Source: a bacterium
Lineage (GTDB): Bacteria; Actinomycetota; Acidimicrobiia; Acidimicrobiales; CATQHL01
DNA: 64,000 bases
Direction: 5' to 3'
Assembly (NCBI GenBank): GCA_028824415.1
Contig: JAPPDX010000107.1
Location: 522 to 64,521 of the forward strand
Shown: in pieces, positions 63,360-64,000 of the stretch
Numbering within the stretch: the stretch's first letter is position 1
How the letters are laid out: each line of letters starts with the position of its first letter
Translations under genes and position numbers: made by a program
The notes under the pieces: generated by a model
Told to the model about the DNA's origin: nothing
Seen by the model: only the letters and a program-made list of their open reading frames with translations
Database searches by the model: none

Positions 63360-64000
63360 CAACTCAGGACCACGCGCGGATCGAGCCGGATCTGCAACAG
63401 GTCCAGCACCAGGTTCACACTGACGTAGACGACCGTCACCGTCAGCACGGCTGCCGAGATCACGGGCAGGTCGACCCGCAGGATGGCGTCAGCGAAGTAT
63501 TTCCCGAGGCCGGGCCATGCGAACAGGGCCTCCACGAGAAAGGCGCTCGACACCGAGTAGGCGAACGTGAGCCCGAGCACCGTCAGGGCCGGCAACAGCG
63601 CGTTCTTGAGAGCCAGGCGCCACAGCACGGTGCGCCAGGGGACTTGCGCCACCCTGGCGGCCTCGATGTGATCGCTGGCGAGGACCTCGAGCATCGCGCT
63701 GCGGACGAGTCGGATCGTCAGACCCAGCGGATAGGCGGCCATGACCAGAACCGGCAGGATGAGGTGCGAGACGACGTCCAAGAAGTTCGACGGACTTCCC
63801 GACAGCACCGAATCGATGAGGAAGAAGCCGGTCGGCGTTGCGAAGTGCGTACCGGGATCGATCCGGCCTGCCAGCGGCAGCCACTCCAGCTTCGAGGCAA
63901 CGAACAGTTGCAGGAACAGCGCCGACCAGAACACCGGCATCGACACGCTGGTCACTGCAAGCAGGCGAATGCCGACGGCACGCAGTCGGTGGGCACGATC
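63359..64000 (-). CDS. Peptide-type ABC permease (DppB/OppB-like), 5' end outside the window
   Basis: SMPVFWSALFLQLF ... EAARVAQVPWRTVLWRLALKNALLPALTVLG. The frame stays open to base 64000 (..DRAHRLRAVGIRLLAVTSVS..). Confidence 0.85.
   Translation of the reverse strand, partial: DRAHRLRAVGIRLLAVTSVSMPVFWSALFLQLFVASKLEWLPLAGRIDPGTHFATPTGFFLIDSVLSGSPSNFLDVVSHLILPVLVMAAYPLGLTIRLVRSAMLEVLASDHIEAARVAQVPWRTVLWRLALKNALLPALTVLGLTFAYSVSSAFLVEALFAWPGLGKYFADAILRVDLPVISAAVLTVTVVYVSVNLVLDLLQIRLDPRVVLS

Overview
Gene-dense, very GC-rich chromosomal segment with Actinomycetota-type gene content: about 55 protein genes, one tRNA, no rRNA, no CRISPR, and no recognisable transposase or integrase. All calls come from reading motifs in the ORF track and the DNA by eye. 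No similarity search or RNA folding was run, so family names are motif-level and many starts are +/- a few codons. Layout: (1) 0.2-6.1 kb is a metal-starvation-type locus. It holds a COG0523 GTPase coupled to a WD40 protein, a divergent FecCD-type ABC importer, a Cys-rich ferredoxin-like ORF and a Fur-family regulator, with two AT-rich 23-bp boxes in the divergent promoter. (2) 6-22.8 kb is mostly housekeeping: Mo-pterin oxidoreductase, rsgA, yqgE-like, serC, aminotransferase, S9 peptidase, serA, and leuA with a Leu-codon leader peptide and attenuator. It is interrupted by three tandem paralogous lipoproteins plus a decayed fourth copy. (3) 22.9-29.3 kb is a six-gene minus-strand operon built around a divergent B12-dependent acyl-CoA mutase. 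(4) 29.4-43.6 kb holds two paralogous sugar-type ABC importers whose binding proteins carry long Ala-rich N-terminal extensions, each linked to redox or hydrolase genes (GMC oxidoreductase + Zn-ADH; aldehyde DH + amidase). (5) 43.7-46.2 kb is a partial mycofactocin locus (mftF <-> mftA + mycofactocin-type SDR) with no mftB/C/D/E in the window. (6) 46.3-54.5 kb holds two paralogous secreted beta-propeller proteins, one an internally duplicated 1390-aa fusion with Met/Asp-rich tandem repeats, bracketing two transporters. (7) 54.8-60.6 kb starts with an initiator-type tRNA-Met, followed by a visibly less GC-rich stretch with three TetR regulators, a perfect 44-bp palindrome and a 753-aa Cys-rich orphan exported protein. 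(8) 60.6-64 kb is an opp/dpp-type peptide ABC operon running off the window. A ~48-bp dispersed repeat occurs three times, and one copy supplies the stop codon of mftF. The best candidates for something undescribed are the split mycofactocin locus with its surrounding redox/ABC block, the divergent mutase operon, the Cys-rich protein region, and the lipoprotein and beta-propeller paralog families.
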